Part shown: positions 1-9,161 of the stretch, piece by piece
How positions within the stretch are numbered: the first letter of the stretch is position 1
Layout of the letters: each line of letters opens with the position of its first letter
Source: an uncultured Methanosarcinales archaeon
GTDB lineage: Archaea > Nanobdellota > Nanobdellia > Woesearchaeales > JAGVZT01
Direction: 5' to 3'
NCBI GenBank assembly: GCA_964383645.1
Contig: CAYLII010000003.1
Location: 1-35,804 of the forward strand
DNA: 35,804 nt
Program-made: the position numbers and the translations under genes
The notes under the pieces: generated by a model
Told to the model about the DNA's origin: nothing
What the model saw: the letters and a program-made list of their open reading frames with translations, nothing else
The model's database searches: none

Positions 1-308
1 GCTGAGAGCGCGGCAAGCCCTAGCCCGAAGATAAACAGCCTGGCTGTGTCATATATCCTTGTGAGATAGTCGAGTACTATAATGAGCAGAAGGCTGGTGA
101 GAAGGCTAAAAACCAACGCGATTATTGCCCACAGCATGATAAGCTCTGCGCCAGACACTATGAATTTAAAGAGCAGCGCGGCAAACAATAGCAGGCCTAC
201 CCTGACCACCACCCAGCCATAGCTATCCTCAAGTAGGCTCGGCTTCTTGCTGAATGTGTGCCACCTCATGATGAGGGATTCAGGCATAAGGTCTTCGTTA
301 TTGGTCAT
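1..308 (-). CDS. hypothetical membrane protein, N-terminal part (gene runs off window start)
   Basis: My own minus-strand translation starts at the ATG (complement of 306-308): MTNNEDLMPESLIMRWHTFSKKPSLLEDSYGWVVVRVGLLLFAALLFKFIVSGAELIMLWAIIALVFSLLTSLLLIIVLDYL... The frame stays open to position 1 and contains hydrophobic helices. It is absent from the ORF track, presumably because it is truncated. Confidence 0.5.
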   Translation of the reverse strand, partial: MTNNEDLMPESLIMRWHTFSKKPSLLEDSYGWVVVRVGLLLFAALLFKFIVSGAELIMLWAIIALVFSLLTSLLLIIVLDYLTRIYDTARLFIFGLGLAALS

Positions 309-488
309 GTTTATCACAATAGGTAAATATAGATATAATTGTAACTTGTTAGTGACAATTTGTTTATATGTCTTTCGCTAAAATGTGGCCTTCTACATAC
401 ATATCAGGGATACAAAAAGTTTAAATATAGCCCAGCATAATAGGAAAACCATCTTATTAATCGAGAGGGCATTTAAAAGGTGATGATT

Positions 489-752
489 ATGGCAGAAGAT
501 GACAAGAAATTTTCAAAAGAGCTTATAGGAAAGACTGTTGTGAGCAAGACCGGAAAGAGGTTTGGGGAAGTTGGAGACATAATTTTCGAGACCAAGTCAG
601 GAGAACTTATCCACATGGTCATAGTCAATCCGACCATCTATACAGAAAAACTTGAGGTAGAGAGGGATAAGAAGGGAAATATACTCATACCTTTTAGCGC
701 AGTGATTGCCATAGGCGACTTTATGGTGGTCGCCGAAGAAGACATCATCTGA
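489..752 (+). CDS. PRC-barrel domain protein
   Basis: Track ORF 480..752. The size and the GKTVVSKTGKRFGEVGDIIFETKSGELIHMVIV ... IPFSAVIAIGDFMVV pattern are typical of small archaeal PRC-barrel proteins. An AGGTGAT Shine-Dalgarno-like element at 478-484 favours ATG 489, but GTG 480 and ATG 483 are possible. Confidence 0.7.
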   Translation: MAEDDKKFSKELIGKTVVSKTGKRFGEVGDIIFETKSGELIHMVIVNPTIYTEKLEVERDKKGNILIPFSAVIAIGDFMVVAEEDII

Positions 753-806
753 TTAGGCTATTTCTTTAATTTATATGTTTTAATATTTTATATATCTCAC
801 TGCTGA

Positions 807-1817
807 ATGGCTATTTCCAAAACCTTTTTATTCCACCCTGGTTTTATGCCTGCAATGGATGAATACAGTATCTGGACTGAGAAATACAGGCCTAAGGATT
901 TTTCTGATATGCGCGGCCAGGAGCATGTTATACCCAGAGTAAAGGCTTTTGTTGAGCAGAAGAACATGCCTCACCTGCTTTTTGCCGGCCCAGCAGGTAC
1001 AGGAAAGACCACCCTTGCAATGATTGTTGCAATGAAACTGTTTGGAGAGGGCTGGCAGGCCAATTTCCTTGAGCTCAACGCCTCTGATGAAAGAGGCATA
1101 GATGTTATTAGGGTAAAGGTTAAGGACTTTGCCAGGACTAAGGCATTGGGGGATGTGCCGTTCAAGATAATATACCTTGATGAGTGCGATGCTCTTACTA
1201 AAGAGGCCCAGCAGGCCCTCAGGAGGACTATGGAGAACTACACCCGCACATGCAGGTTTATCCTGAGCTGCAACTATTCCTCAAAGATAATCGAGCCCAT
1301 CCAGAGCAGGTGCGCCATATTCAGGTTCAGGTTGCTCTCCAAGGAGAACATGCTAGAGATAATCTCTAACATAGCGAAGCGCGAAGGCCTGAAGGTGGAT
1401 GAAAAGGGCAAAGAGGCCCTCTATATGGTAAGCGAGGGCGATTGCAGGAAGATGGAAAACATCATGCAGAGCTGCGCTGTGATGAGTAAAAGCATAACAG
1501 AGGATGTTGTCCACTCGATGTCATCTATGGCCAAGCCAAAGGAGATTCTAGAGGTGCTTGAGTTGGCACTCAAGAACCAATTTGTGAAAGCAAGAGAGCT
1601 CCTTCTCACCATAATGCTAAACTACGGACTTGCAGGGTTGGACATAATAAAGCAGATCCAAAAAGAGGCTATGTCCCTCCAGACAGATGACCGCAGCAAG
1701 ATGGAGATAATCGAGAAGTGCGGAGAGGTCGAGTTTAGGATGGTTGAGGGTGCAGATGAGTTCATCCAGCTCGAGGCCCTGCTGGCTTTTGTCACATTTG
1801 TAGGCTCAAAGAAATAA
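807..1817 (+). CDS. rfcS: replication factor C small subunit
   Basis: RFC box II (WTEKYRPKDFSDMRGQEH), Walker A (GPAGTGKTT), Walker B (YLDECDAL) and the SRC motif (IQSRCAIFRF). The length indicates no intein. The true start may be ATG 846 or 855. Confidence 0.93.
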   Translation: MAISKTFLFHPGFMPAMDEYSIWTEKYRPKDFSDMRGQEHVIPRVKAFVEQKNMPHLLFAGPAGTGKTTLAMIVAMKLFGEGWQANFLELNASDERGIDVIRVKVKDFARTKALGDVPFKIIYLDECDALTKEAQQALRRTMENYTRTCRFILSCNYSSKIIEPIQSRCAIFRFRLLSKENMLEIISNIAKREGLKVDEKGKEALYMVSEGDCRKMENIMQSCAVMSKSITEDVVHSMSSMAKPKEILEVLELALKNQFVKARELLLTIMLNYGLAGLDIIKQIQKEAMSLQTDDRSKMEIIEKCGEVEFRMVEGADEFIQLEALLAFVTFVGSKK

Positions 1818-1956
1818 ATCCCTTATTCATTCCTAGTGCCTAAATTCTTAAGTTCTAATCAATATTAACAAATATCTCTAGAAAACTGATGAAGTTCAGA
1901 AAACAGATAGAGACAAATCAATAGAAAAAAAGATAGAAAAATAAAAATCCCCAGAT

Positions 1957-2934
1957 TTATATCTGGGTGTGTTTCACTGCAAGAGTTGTGGAAACATCAT
2001 CTTCATAGTCATATACCAGCTTGATATTGACTGTCTTTGCATAGTCTGTGTCTGCCACTACATCCTGCGTGCAGGATATTGTAAGTCCTGTATTAGCTGA
2101 ATCTGTGCTTGGCGCAAGCCATACTGATCCGCTACTTCCGCCCTGAAGACTTGTGCATCTTATGCCATCCCAACCGGGAGCAGATACCTCCACCCAAATT
2201 CTATTTTCTCTTGGAGTGGTCTGTAGACCGCACTTTGTGTTCCTCTCATAAATCTTTCCAGTTCCCTTGTCCTGGATTGTGAATGAGAAACCAACCTTGT
2301 TCTTACCAACCAGGCTCTGATGGAAGTTCAGCACCTGCACCGGCGCGCTTGAGCTATAGACTGGTTTATATCCGTCAATTGTGCAGATGTCATCACTTGT
2401 GTCAAGCGGATTCTTCTTCACGCAGACCTGGGATACTGCATTTGTTCCATAAAGATAGCACACCTTGGCTGCGATTGTGATGGGTGGAAGATTCGTGACA
2501 GCAGTTCCCACATAATTAAGCTCCGGGAACTCTACCATTGTGATTCCTCCTGCCATGACCTGTGCTGTGTCTGACTGTTTTGTGGAAGGAAGCAGATCGT
2601 CATAAGGCTGCATCACAAGATCCCATGGATTGACTCCAAACTCTGCAGGGTCTATTCCTAGTATCCTGACAACCACATCCTCTCTCTTCACTTCCCATTC
2701 TCCTTCATTGCTGAGCTGGACATAGATATAGAATGGGCTTGTGCCCGCATCATATACATATTCGGGAGGGGCATTTTCTACAAAAGCCATTTTCAGCCCA
2801 GTAGTCCCACCTATGAATGGCGAACCAGCTGGTGTTGAATTGCCGGAAAGCTCGCACCCTGTGGCGCCGATAAGCGACATTACGAGCGCAAGCGCTAAAC
2901 TGATAAGAATAATCCTCTTGAGTTCCATTTTCAA
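1957..2934 (-). CDS. secreted Cys-rich putative lipoprotein, unknown family (paralog A)
   Basis: N-terminal signal peptide ending in the lipobox-like LIGATGC. Shares GTTGL..F..N.PP.E.YD, I.G.DP, C.Y.Y.T....S.VC...P....D.CT and later Cys positions with the upstream gene. Its start overlaps the upstream gene's stop (ATGA at 2931-2934). Confidence 0.7.
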   Translation of the reverse strand: MKMELKRIILISLALALVMSLIGATGCELSGNSTPAGSPFIGGTTGLKMAFVENAPPEYVYDAGTSPFYIYVQLSNEGEWEVKREDVVVRILGIDPAEFGVNPWDLVMQPYDDLLPSTKQSDTAQVMAGGITMVEFPELNYVGTAVTNLPPITIAAKVCYLYGTNAVSQVCVKKNPLDTSDDICTIDGYKPVYSSSAPVQVLNFHQSLVGKNKVGFSFTIQDKGTGKIYERNTKCGLQTTPRENRIWVEVSAPGWDGIRCTSLQGGSSGSVWLAPSTDSANTGLTISCTQDVVADTDYAKTVNIKLVYDYEDDVSTTLAVKHTQI

Positions 2935-3818
2935 ATCCTCCTTATATTCAAAGATTTAGTAAGTGATGTCTTAAACCCATATTTCAGGTTAAGCAGGAGA
3001 GTTGTCGTATATGCTGTATCAGTAACTGTGGCTATCTCGCAACTGGTGGTGCCAACTCCGTTGATGAGCTTTATCGTGCTGGGCTCGCATGTCATTGACT
3101 GTGTGCCCACCTTTGCGCTTGTGACCTCCACAATATCCATATCCTGGTAGGTAAGCTGCTCTGTGCAGGTGGATACCTTGCCCGCGCTTATGACCTCGCC
3201 AGACTTGTCCAGATTGCTGATGGTGATAATGAAATATGTGATTCCCATTGAAGGCCTCACATCAATCTTGGTTATTGCTACAGGCGCGCCCTGTCCTCCT
3301 GATAGAGAAACAAGCCTTGCAGTGCAGACATCATCATCATTATTAGATGGATTTGGATCCATGCATACTGAGGCAACGCCCTCTGTGGCATATTCATAGC
3401 AGCCGATAACAATCACCGGTGTTGTGAATGTGTCTACCCCATCAGGAAGCGTGGCAGTGACCTTGTCTTCTATAACTGCATATCCTCCTACAGGATTAAG
3501 ATAGCTCTTGCCTGTTATAAGGCCGGGCTGGGTGCTTGACCAGCCAATCTTGACAATATTTGGGTCAAACCCCGTGAGAGTAAGATAGGGATTTGTGTCA
3601 GTCACTCCTTTATTGTATATCTCCAATATGAAAGGGAAAGTCTTTCCGTCATATATCTCTGGCGGAGGGCTGTTCGGCATGAAGTTTATAGAGAGACCTG
3701 TCGTTCCGACATGGAAATTCTGGTCTGTTGTGCCCGTGGATGTGCCTGTACCAGAGCAGCCATAAAAAGTGAGTGCTACCATCACAACTACGAAAAATGC
3801 TGATATTCTGCCTTTCAT
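2931..3818 (-). CDS. secreted Cys-rich putative lipoprotein, unknown family (paralog B)
   Basis: Signal peptide ending in TFYGC, followed by a Thr/Gly-rich linker. Colinear motif conservation with 1957..2934. Confidence 0.7.
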   Translation of the reverse strand: MKGRISAFFVVVMVALTFYGCSGTGTSTGTTDQNFHVGTTGLSINFMPNSPPPEIYDGKTFPFILEIYNKGVTDTNPYLTLTGFDPNIVKIGWSSTQPGLITGKSYLNPVGGYAVIEDKVTATLPDGVDTFTTPVIVIGCYEYATEGVASVCMDPNPSNNDDDVCTARLVSLSGGQGAPVAITKIDVRPSMGITYFIITISNLDKSGEVISAGKVSTCTEQLTYQDMDIVEVTSAKVGTQSMTCEPSTIKLINGVGTTSCEIATVTDTAYTTTLLLNLKYGFKTSLTKSLNIRRI

Positions 3819-3937
3819 TTTTTTCCCACGTCAAAAAATGGTCTGGATTTTATTTAAATCTTTCGTTTTTTTGGGCTGAAAAGGCAGTTTTTAAATCCAA
3901 AAGAAATATATAAGGAATTGGATTAGAGCAGATACTT

Positions 3938-4828
3938 ATGGAACTTATATTTTTGGGCACGTCATGCATGATCCCCACCAAGGAGAGAAATACCTCTGCA
4001 ATGCTCCTCACATTCAAGGATGAGAATATCCTCATAGACTGCGGTGAGGGCACCCAAAGGCAGCTTAGGATAGCTGGAATCAGGCCTACGTGCATAACCA
4101 AGATACTCATAAGCCATTGGCATGGAGACCATGTTCTTGGACTTCCCGGCCTTCTCCAGACGCTTGGCGCCTCTGAATACACCGGAAAGCTAAGGATATA
4201 CGGGCCTGCAGGCAGCGCAAGGCAGGTGGAGAAGATGATGGATGCGTTTGTATTCGATAATAGGGTGAATTTTGAGGTTATGGACATAACAAAAGAGCGC
4301 TTCTTTGATAGCAAGGAATTCTGCCTTGAGGCGCTTCCGCTTGACCATTCCATAAGCTGCCTGGGCTTTAGCTTTATTGAGAAGGACAGGCTTAGGATTA
4401 ATGTAAAGAAAGCTGAAAAGCTGGGCATACCTGAAGGCCCCCTCATGGGCGAGCTTCAGCAAGGCAAGGCAGTCATGCACAAGGGTAAAAAGATTGAGCC
4501 TGAGGAAGTGACTTATACTGTTAAGGGCAAGAAAATTACATACATCGCAGACACGGTCATTACAGACAACTGCATAAAGCTTGCAAAAGACGCAGACCTA
4601 CTGATATGCGAGTCAGTCTATGAGTCCAAGCTTGACAACAAGGCTGAGGAGTACAAGCATCTTACCGCAAGACAGGCGGGAATGATTGCGAACCAGGCAG
4701 AGGTAAAGCAGCTTGTGCTCACCCATTTCTCACAGAGATACAAAAACACGCAGGATATAGAAGAGGACGCAAGAGTCGTATTCGACAAGGTCATATGCGC
4801 AAATGACTTCATGCGCCTCAAGCTCTGA
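3938..4828 (+). CDS. rnz: ribonuclease Z (tRNA 3' endonuclease), metallo-beta-lactamase fold
   Basis: N-terminal ELIFLGTS, the HxHxDH motif as ISHWHGDHVLGLPGLL, and a C-terminal LVLTHFSQRY. Size is typical for the short form of RNase Z. Confidence 0.88.
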   Translation: MELIFLGTSCMIPTKERNTSAMLLTFKDENILIDCGEGTQRQLRIAGIRPTCITKILISHWHGDHVLGLPGLLQTLGASEYTGKLRIYGPAGSARQVEKMMDAFVFDNRVNFEVMDITKERFFDSKEFCLEALPLDHSISCLGFSFIEKDRLRINVKKAEKLGIPEGPLMGELQQGKAVMHKGKKIEPEEVTYTVKGKKITYIADTVITDNCIKLAKDADLLICESVYESKLDNKAEEYKHLTARQAGMIANQAEVKQLVLTHFSQRYKNTQDIEEDARVVFDKVICANDFMRLKL

Positions 4829-4958
4829 GCAGAGTTTTAAGGGAGATTTAGAATTCTCAGGACAAAAAGATTAGAATGCCTGTGATTTGCCAGAAAGCCA
4901 AAACTTTCAACAGCCTAATATCCCATAAACTGAAAGATAATCCTCTAAAAAACTAGCC

Positions 4959-5180
4959 TTATCTATAGGCCATCTTGACAGCAGTCTTAATATCCTCTTC
5001 CTTTATTGTTGTCCTTCCAGCGTGCTTGGCAAGCTCAATGGCGTTCTTGGTAATCTCCTCTGCTTTCTGCTCAAGAACCTCTTTAAGAGCCTCTTTTGCA
5101 GGGTCAGAAACCCTGTCTGCCCCTGCGTTTTTCATTATCGCCTCCATTGCCGCAAGCGGAAGTAATCTTTTTGATGCCAT
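4959..5180 (-). CDS. archaeal histone (HMf family)
   Basis: 73 aa with a histone fold: LPLAAMEAIMKNAGADRVSDPAKEALKEVLEQKAEEITKNAIELAKHAGRTTIKEEDIKTAV. Confidence 0.9.
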   Translation of the reverse strand: MASKRLLPLAAMEAIMKNAGADRVSDPAKEALKEVLEQKAEEITKNAIELAKHAGRTTIKEEDIKTAVKMAYR

Positions 5181-5285
5181 TATTACACCTCAAAACCAGT
5201 ATTGCCATAAATTGAGGGAAAAATCTATAAAAAGCTTTTGATTTAGTGTAAATCCAGAATAAACTAGAAGAGGCGCAGGCATTAG

Positions 5286-5672
5286 ATGGTAGGAAAGCAA
5301 AAAGGAACCAACGCTGAACGTGAGCTAGTCCACATGTTCTGGGCAAAGGGCTGGGCAGCAGTGAGGGTGGCTGGCTCAGGAAGCTCTCACTATCCCTCGC
5401 CAGATGTGCTTGCCGGAAACAACCTCAGGAAGCTTGCCATAGAATGCAAGGCAGTTGGATCTACCAGCAGATATATATCCATAGGCCAGATTGAAGACCT
5501 AATCAAATTCTCGCAGATATTCGGGGCAGAGCCCTGGGTCGGCCTCAGATTTAACAGGGAGGAGTGGCTCTTTGTTGGAATTGAAGATCTGGAAAAAACA
5601 GAAGCCAGCTATGCCGCAAACCTGTTGACTGCAAAGCGCAAGGGGCTGCTATTTGAAGAGTTAATCAAGTGA
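5286..5672 (+). CDS. hjc: Holliday junction resolvase Hjc
   Basis: KGTNAERELVHMFWAKGWAAVRVAGSGS ... PDVLAGN ... AIECK carries the catalytic E..D..E.K arrangement. The size (128 aa) is typical of Hjc. Confidence 0.87.
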   Translation: MVGKQKGTNAERELVHMFWAKGWAAVRVAGSGSSHYPSPDVLAGNNLRKLAIECKAVGSTSRYISIGQIEDLIKFSQIFGAEPWVGLRFNREEWLFVGIEDLEKTEASYAANLLTAKRKGLLFEELIK

Positions 5673-5809
5673 CTCTTGAAGCATTTAGAAAGAATCCCTC
5701 CTAGAGAATCTAGATATCTGGCTTAGCAATTAAGAGTTATATAATTATATATTAAAAAGCTAAAGTTATGAAGAATAATAGAATAACAAAAAAGAAGAGA
5801 AAAAAAGGC

Positions 5810-6088
5810 TTATCTTTTTTTGCCTTTCTTGGCTTTTTTGGGCGTCCTGAAGAGCTTCTGCTCGATGAGCTTTTCCTCTTTCTCTATTTTTGCCTCCTCT
5901 GACTCGATTCTGAGCTCATGCTCGAGAATCCTCTTTGTGATGCTCTCTAGATTTAGGTCTATCCTAGAAATCCTCCTTTCAACCAGGATAAGCACCCTGA
6001 GGCTGTATACAATTCCTGCAAGCGTACCTAGGATTATCGCAAGAATCGCGCCCTGAATATCTAACGGACCTGTTGCCATAAAAACCAC
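5810..6088 (-). CDS. small membrane-anchored coiled-coil protein with Lys-rich tail, unknown function
   Basis: One N-terminal TM helix (GAILAIILGTLAGIVYSL), a charged heptad-like region and a C-terminal PKKAKKGKKR. GAGGTGG lies 5 nt upstream of the ATG on the minus strand. Confidence 0.55.
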   Translation of the reverse strand: MVFMATGPLDIQGAILAIILGTLAGIVYSLRVLILVERRISRIDLNLESITKRILEHELRIESEEAKIEKEEKLIEQKLFRTPKKAKKGKKR

Positions 6089-6469
6089 CTCTTTTGTGAT
6101 AATGTATTATCTTAACTTGTAAGATGGGGGTTTTTATGTAGAAGTCATATATATAGTTTTTCTTTTTAAAGCTGTTTTTGGTGGATTTATTGATTATCTG
6201 ACACCTAAAGAGAGTTATCATTTAGAACCCCTAAAAAACATAAATTGAGCCCTAAAACTAAAAATCGGGTTTTGCATCCGCCACCCCGCAGCCAAAAAAG
6301 AATCTAACTGGGTACCTCCCGCCCTTAACACCTATATAAAGCTCAGGGACCCTATTTAAAAGCAAAGCATTTATAAATAAATCCAGATTTATATACTCCA
6401 TTTTTATAGGGGGTAGCAAAAGGGAGTGATGGCGTTTTTTGAGAAACACACATCAGGGGGGAAACGAAA

Positions 6470-7063
6470 ATGAAAGCGAGCAAGAAATCTGAAAAGAAGG
6501 CACCGGCTGAGAAAGTTGGAAAGGCTGAGAAGATAGACATCAGGGTAGTCAATATAGTGGTAAGCACTTCCCTTGAGCAGGACATACCTCTCGAGAAGAT
6601 GGCTGCAACTCTGCCAAACACAGAGTACAACCCTGAGCAGTTCCCTGGGCTCGTAATAAGGATAAAGGAGCCAAAGACCAGCGCACTGATATTCTCTTCT
6701 GGCAAGATTGTATGCACAGGCGCAAAAACACTTGAGAAGGTTGAAGAGTCAATCCAGCAGATAATAAAGAGCCTTGAGAAGATAAACGTGAAAATCACTA
6801 TCAAGCCGGTAATTAAGATCCAGAATATAGTGGCTTCAGGCTCAATCAACATGGACCTCAACCTGAACACCTTGGCCATGAAGCTTAAGAACACAGAATA
6901 TGAGCCTGAGCAGTTCCCCGGGCTGGTTTATAAGCTGATTGACGCAAAGGCCACTTTCCTGCTGTTTTCCAACGGCAAGGTTGTGTGCACAGGCACCAAG
7001 AGCGAAGAGGAAGTGCACGCCGCCCTGGATAAGCTTATCCAGAACCTAAAGAAAGTATCTTAA
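6470..7063 (+). CDS. tbp: TATA-box binding protein
   Basis: Two direct TBP repeats, each with EYNPEQFPGLV / EYEPEQFPGLV and S(S/N)GK(I/V)VCTG(A/T)K. Confidence 0.95.
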   Translation: MKASKKSEKKAPAEKVGKAEKIDIRVVNIVVSTSLEQDIPLEKMAATLPNTEYNPEQFPGLVIRIKEPKTSALIFSSGKIVCTGAKTLEKVEESIQQIIKSLEKINVKITIKPVIKIQNIVASGSINMDLNLNTLAMKLKNTEYEPEQFPGLVYKLIDAKATFLLFSNGKVVCTGTKSEEEVHAALDKLIQNLKKVS

Positions 7064-7090
7064 ACCCATTCTCTTTCTTAGGGGTTGAGA

Positions 7091-9157
7091 ATGGATGAGG
7101 AGAACGATTCAGAAAGGCAGGAGGAACCCAGGCTTAATGCCTCTGAGCAGATAAGGCGCTTTGAGGAATTCTTTGAGGCAACATACAAGCATGAGATACT
7201 CCATAATCTGCAGGCAGATAAGCCTTTTCTTATAGCTGACTTTGCAAAACTCCTGGAGTTTGACCCTGAGCTTGCAGAGGACCTGCTTGAGCAGCCTGAC
7301 GATTCTGTAAAGGCAGGCGAGCTCGCCCTTCAGAATTTTGACATACCCGAAGGGAAGAGATTCAGGCTGAGGATGACCAACCTGCCTGTCACCCAGAGGG
7401 TGCGTGTCAGGGACATAAGGACACCCAACCTCGGAAAGATGGTGATGGTTGAGGGCATGGTCAGACAGAAGTCGGACGTCCGGCCGCGAGTCGTATTTGC
7501 AAGATTCGAGTGCCCCAGCTGCGGCAACATACTTTCTTTTCCGCAGCTAGACACCAAGATGAAAGAGCCCTCAAGGTGCGTCTGCGGGAGAAAAGGCAGG
7601 TTTAGGCAGCTGAGCAAGGAGCTTGTTGATGCACAAAGGATAGTCATTGAAGAAGCGCCTGAAACCCTTGAGGGAAGTGAGCAGCCAAAGAGAATAGGCG
7701 TACTCCTCAAGGAAGACCTGGTAAGTCCAATTACAGAAAGGAGGACAAATCCCGGCTCAAAAATAAGAGTGATAGGTGTTATCAAGGAAGTGCCTATCCC
7801 TCTTAGGGAAGGAGGTATCTCTACCAACTTTGATATCATCATCGAGTCTAATTATATCGAGCCGATGGATGAGGATTACTCAAAGATACTTATAAGCGAA
7901 GAGGAAGAGGAAGAGATAAAGGAGCTTGCGAAAGATCCAAAAATCTTTGACAAGATGATAAACTCTATTGCCCCTTCCATCTATGGGCATGACAAGGTCA
8001 AGGAAGCCCTCATACTCCAGCTTTTTGGCGGCGTGCAGAAGCAGAAAAAGGATGGCGTGCTCACAAGAGGCGACATCCACATCCTCCTTATGGGAGACCC
8101 TGGCTCTGGAAAATCACAGCTGCTTAAGAGGATAAAGATAGTGGCTCCAAAGGCATCCTATGTCTCAGGCAAAGGCGCTAGCGGAGTAGGACTGACCGCT
8201 GCGGTGATAAAAGACGAGTTCATCAAGGGGTATGCCCTTGAGGCAGGCGCGCTTGTTCTTGCAAACAAAGGATTGTGCTGCATAGACGAGCTGGACAAGA
8301 TGAGCGAAGAGGACAGAAGCGCGATGCACGAGGCGCTTGAGCAGCAGACAGTCACTATCGCAAAAGCCAACATCCAGGCGACCCTGCTGGCACAGACCAC
8401 TGTCCTTGCAGCAGCCAATCCAAAGTTTGGAAGGTTTGACCTCCACACGCCCCCGGCAAAGCAGATTGATCTTCCTCCTGCGCTCATAACCAGGTTTGAC
8501 TTGCTATTTCCCATAATGGACATCCCTGACGAAACCAATGACAAGAAGATGGCAGAATTTATCCTAAAAAGCCATCAAAGTGACGAGGGATTCGAGACTG
8601 AGATAAGCACTGAACTCATGAAAAAATATATCGCCTATGCAAAGCAGAGATATGAGCCAGTGCTCTCGGAAGAGGCGCTCGAGGATATAATGGATTATTT
8701 TGTCACACTCAGGAATAAAAGCACATCCCCTGACAGGGAGCTTAAGACAATCCCAATAACTGCCAGGCAGCTTGAGGCGCTTGAGCGGTTGTCGGAGGCT
8801 GCCGCAAAAGTCAGGCTCTCCGAAACTGTTTCAAAAGAAGACGCAAAAAGGGCAATAGACCTGCTCCATTACTGCCTGCTCCAGGTGGGGCTTGACGAGA
8901 AGACAGGCCAGATAGATATAGACAGGATATCCAGCGGCATATCCACCAGCGAGAGGGGCAAGATAGTGAATATTAGGGAGATAATCACCAACCTTGAGAA
9001 GGTTGTCGGAAAAACAAGGCCCATACCTATTGATGACATCCTAAGAGAAGCAAGGGACATGGGCATAAGCGGAGAAGAAGTGGAAGAGGCTATAGAAAAA
9101 CTCAAGAGGAGCGGGGACATCTTCGAGCCTAGGAGAGGTTATATCCAAAAGATCTGA
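7091..9157 (+). CDS. mcm: MCM replicative helicase
   Basis: Zn motif CPSCGN...CVCG, Walker A GDPGSGKSQ, Walker B CCIDELDKM, arginine finger TRFDLLF, and a C-terminal winged-helix-like domain. ATG 7091 is preferred over the track's TTG at 7085. The length indicates no intein. Confidence 0.95.
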   Translation: MDEENDSERQEEPRLNASEQIRRFEEFFEATYKHEILHNLQADKPFLIADFAKLLEFDPELAEDLLEQPDDSVKAGELALQNFDIPEGKRFRLRMTNLPVTQRVRVRDIRTPNLGKMVMVEGMVRQKSDVRPRVVFARFECPSCGNILSFPQLDTKMKEPSRCVCGRKGRFRQLSKELVDAQRIVIEEAPETLEGSEQPKRIGVLLKEDLVSPITERRTNPGSKIRVIGVIKEVPIPLREGGISTNFDIIIESNYIEPMDEDYSKILISEEEEEEIKELAKDPKIFDKMINSIAPSIYGHDKVKEALILQLFGGVQKQKKDGVLTRGDIHILLMGDPGSGKSQLLKRIKIVAPKASYVSGKGASGVGLTAAVIKDEFIKGYALEAGALVLANKGLCCIDELDKMSEEDRSAMHEALEQQTVTIAKANIQATLLAQTTVLAAANPKFGRFDLHTPPAKQIDLPPALITRFDLLFPIMDIPDETNDKKMAEFILKSHQSDEGFETEISTELMKKYIAYAKQRYEPVLSEEALEDIMDYFVTLRNKSTSPDRELKTIPITARQLEALERLSEAAAKVRLSETVSKEDAKRAIDLLHYCLLQVGLDEKTGQIDIDRISSGISTSERGKIVNIREIITNLEKVVGKTRPIPIDDILREARDMGISGEEVEEAIEKLKRSGDIFEPRRGYIQKI

Positions 9158-9161
9158 TTTG

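Noticed and set aside
1889-1896. Perfect box C-like CTGATGAA in the rfcS-lipoprotein intergenic region
   Set aside because: No CUGA box D or D' lies at a suitable distance on the same strand, so it is probably a chance match in AT-rich DNA.
3850-4446. 198-aa minus-strand ORF
   Set aside because: It is antisense to rnz, which has clear metallo-beta-lactamase motifs. This is a typical shadow ORF.
6352-6894. 180-aa minus-strand ORF
   Set aside because: It is antisense to tbp and is a shadow ORF.
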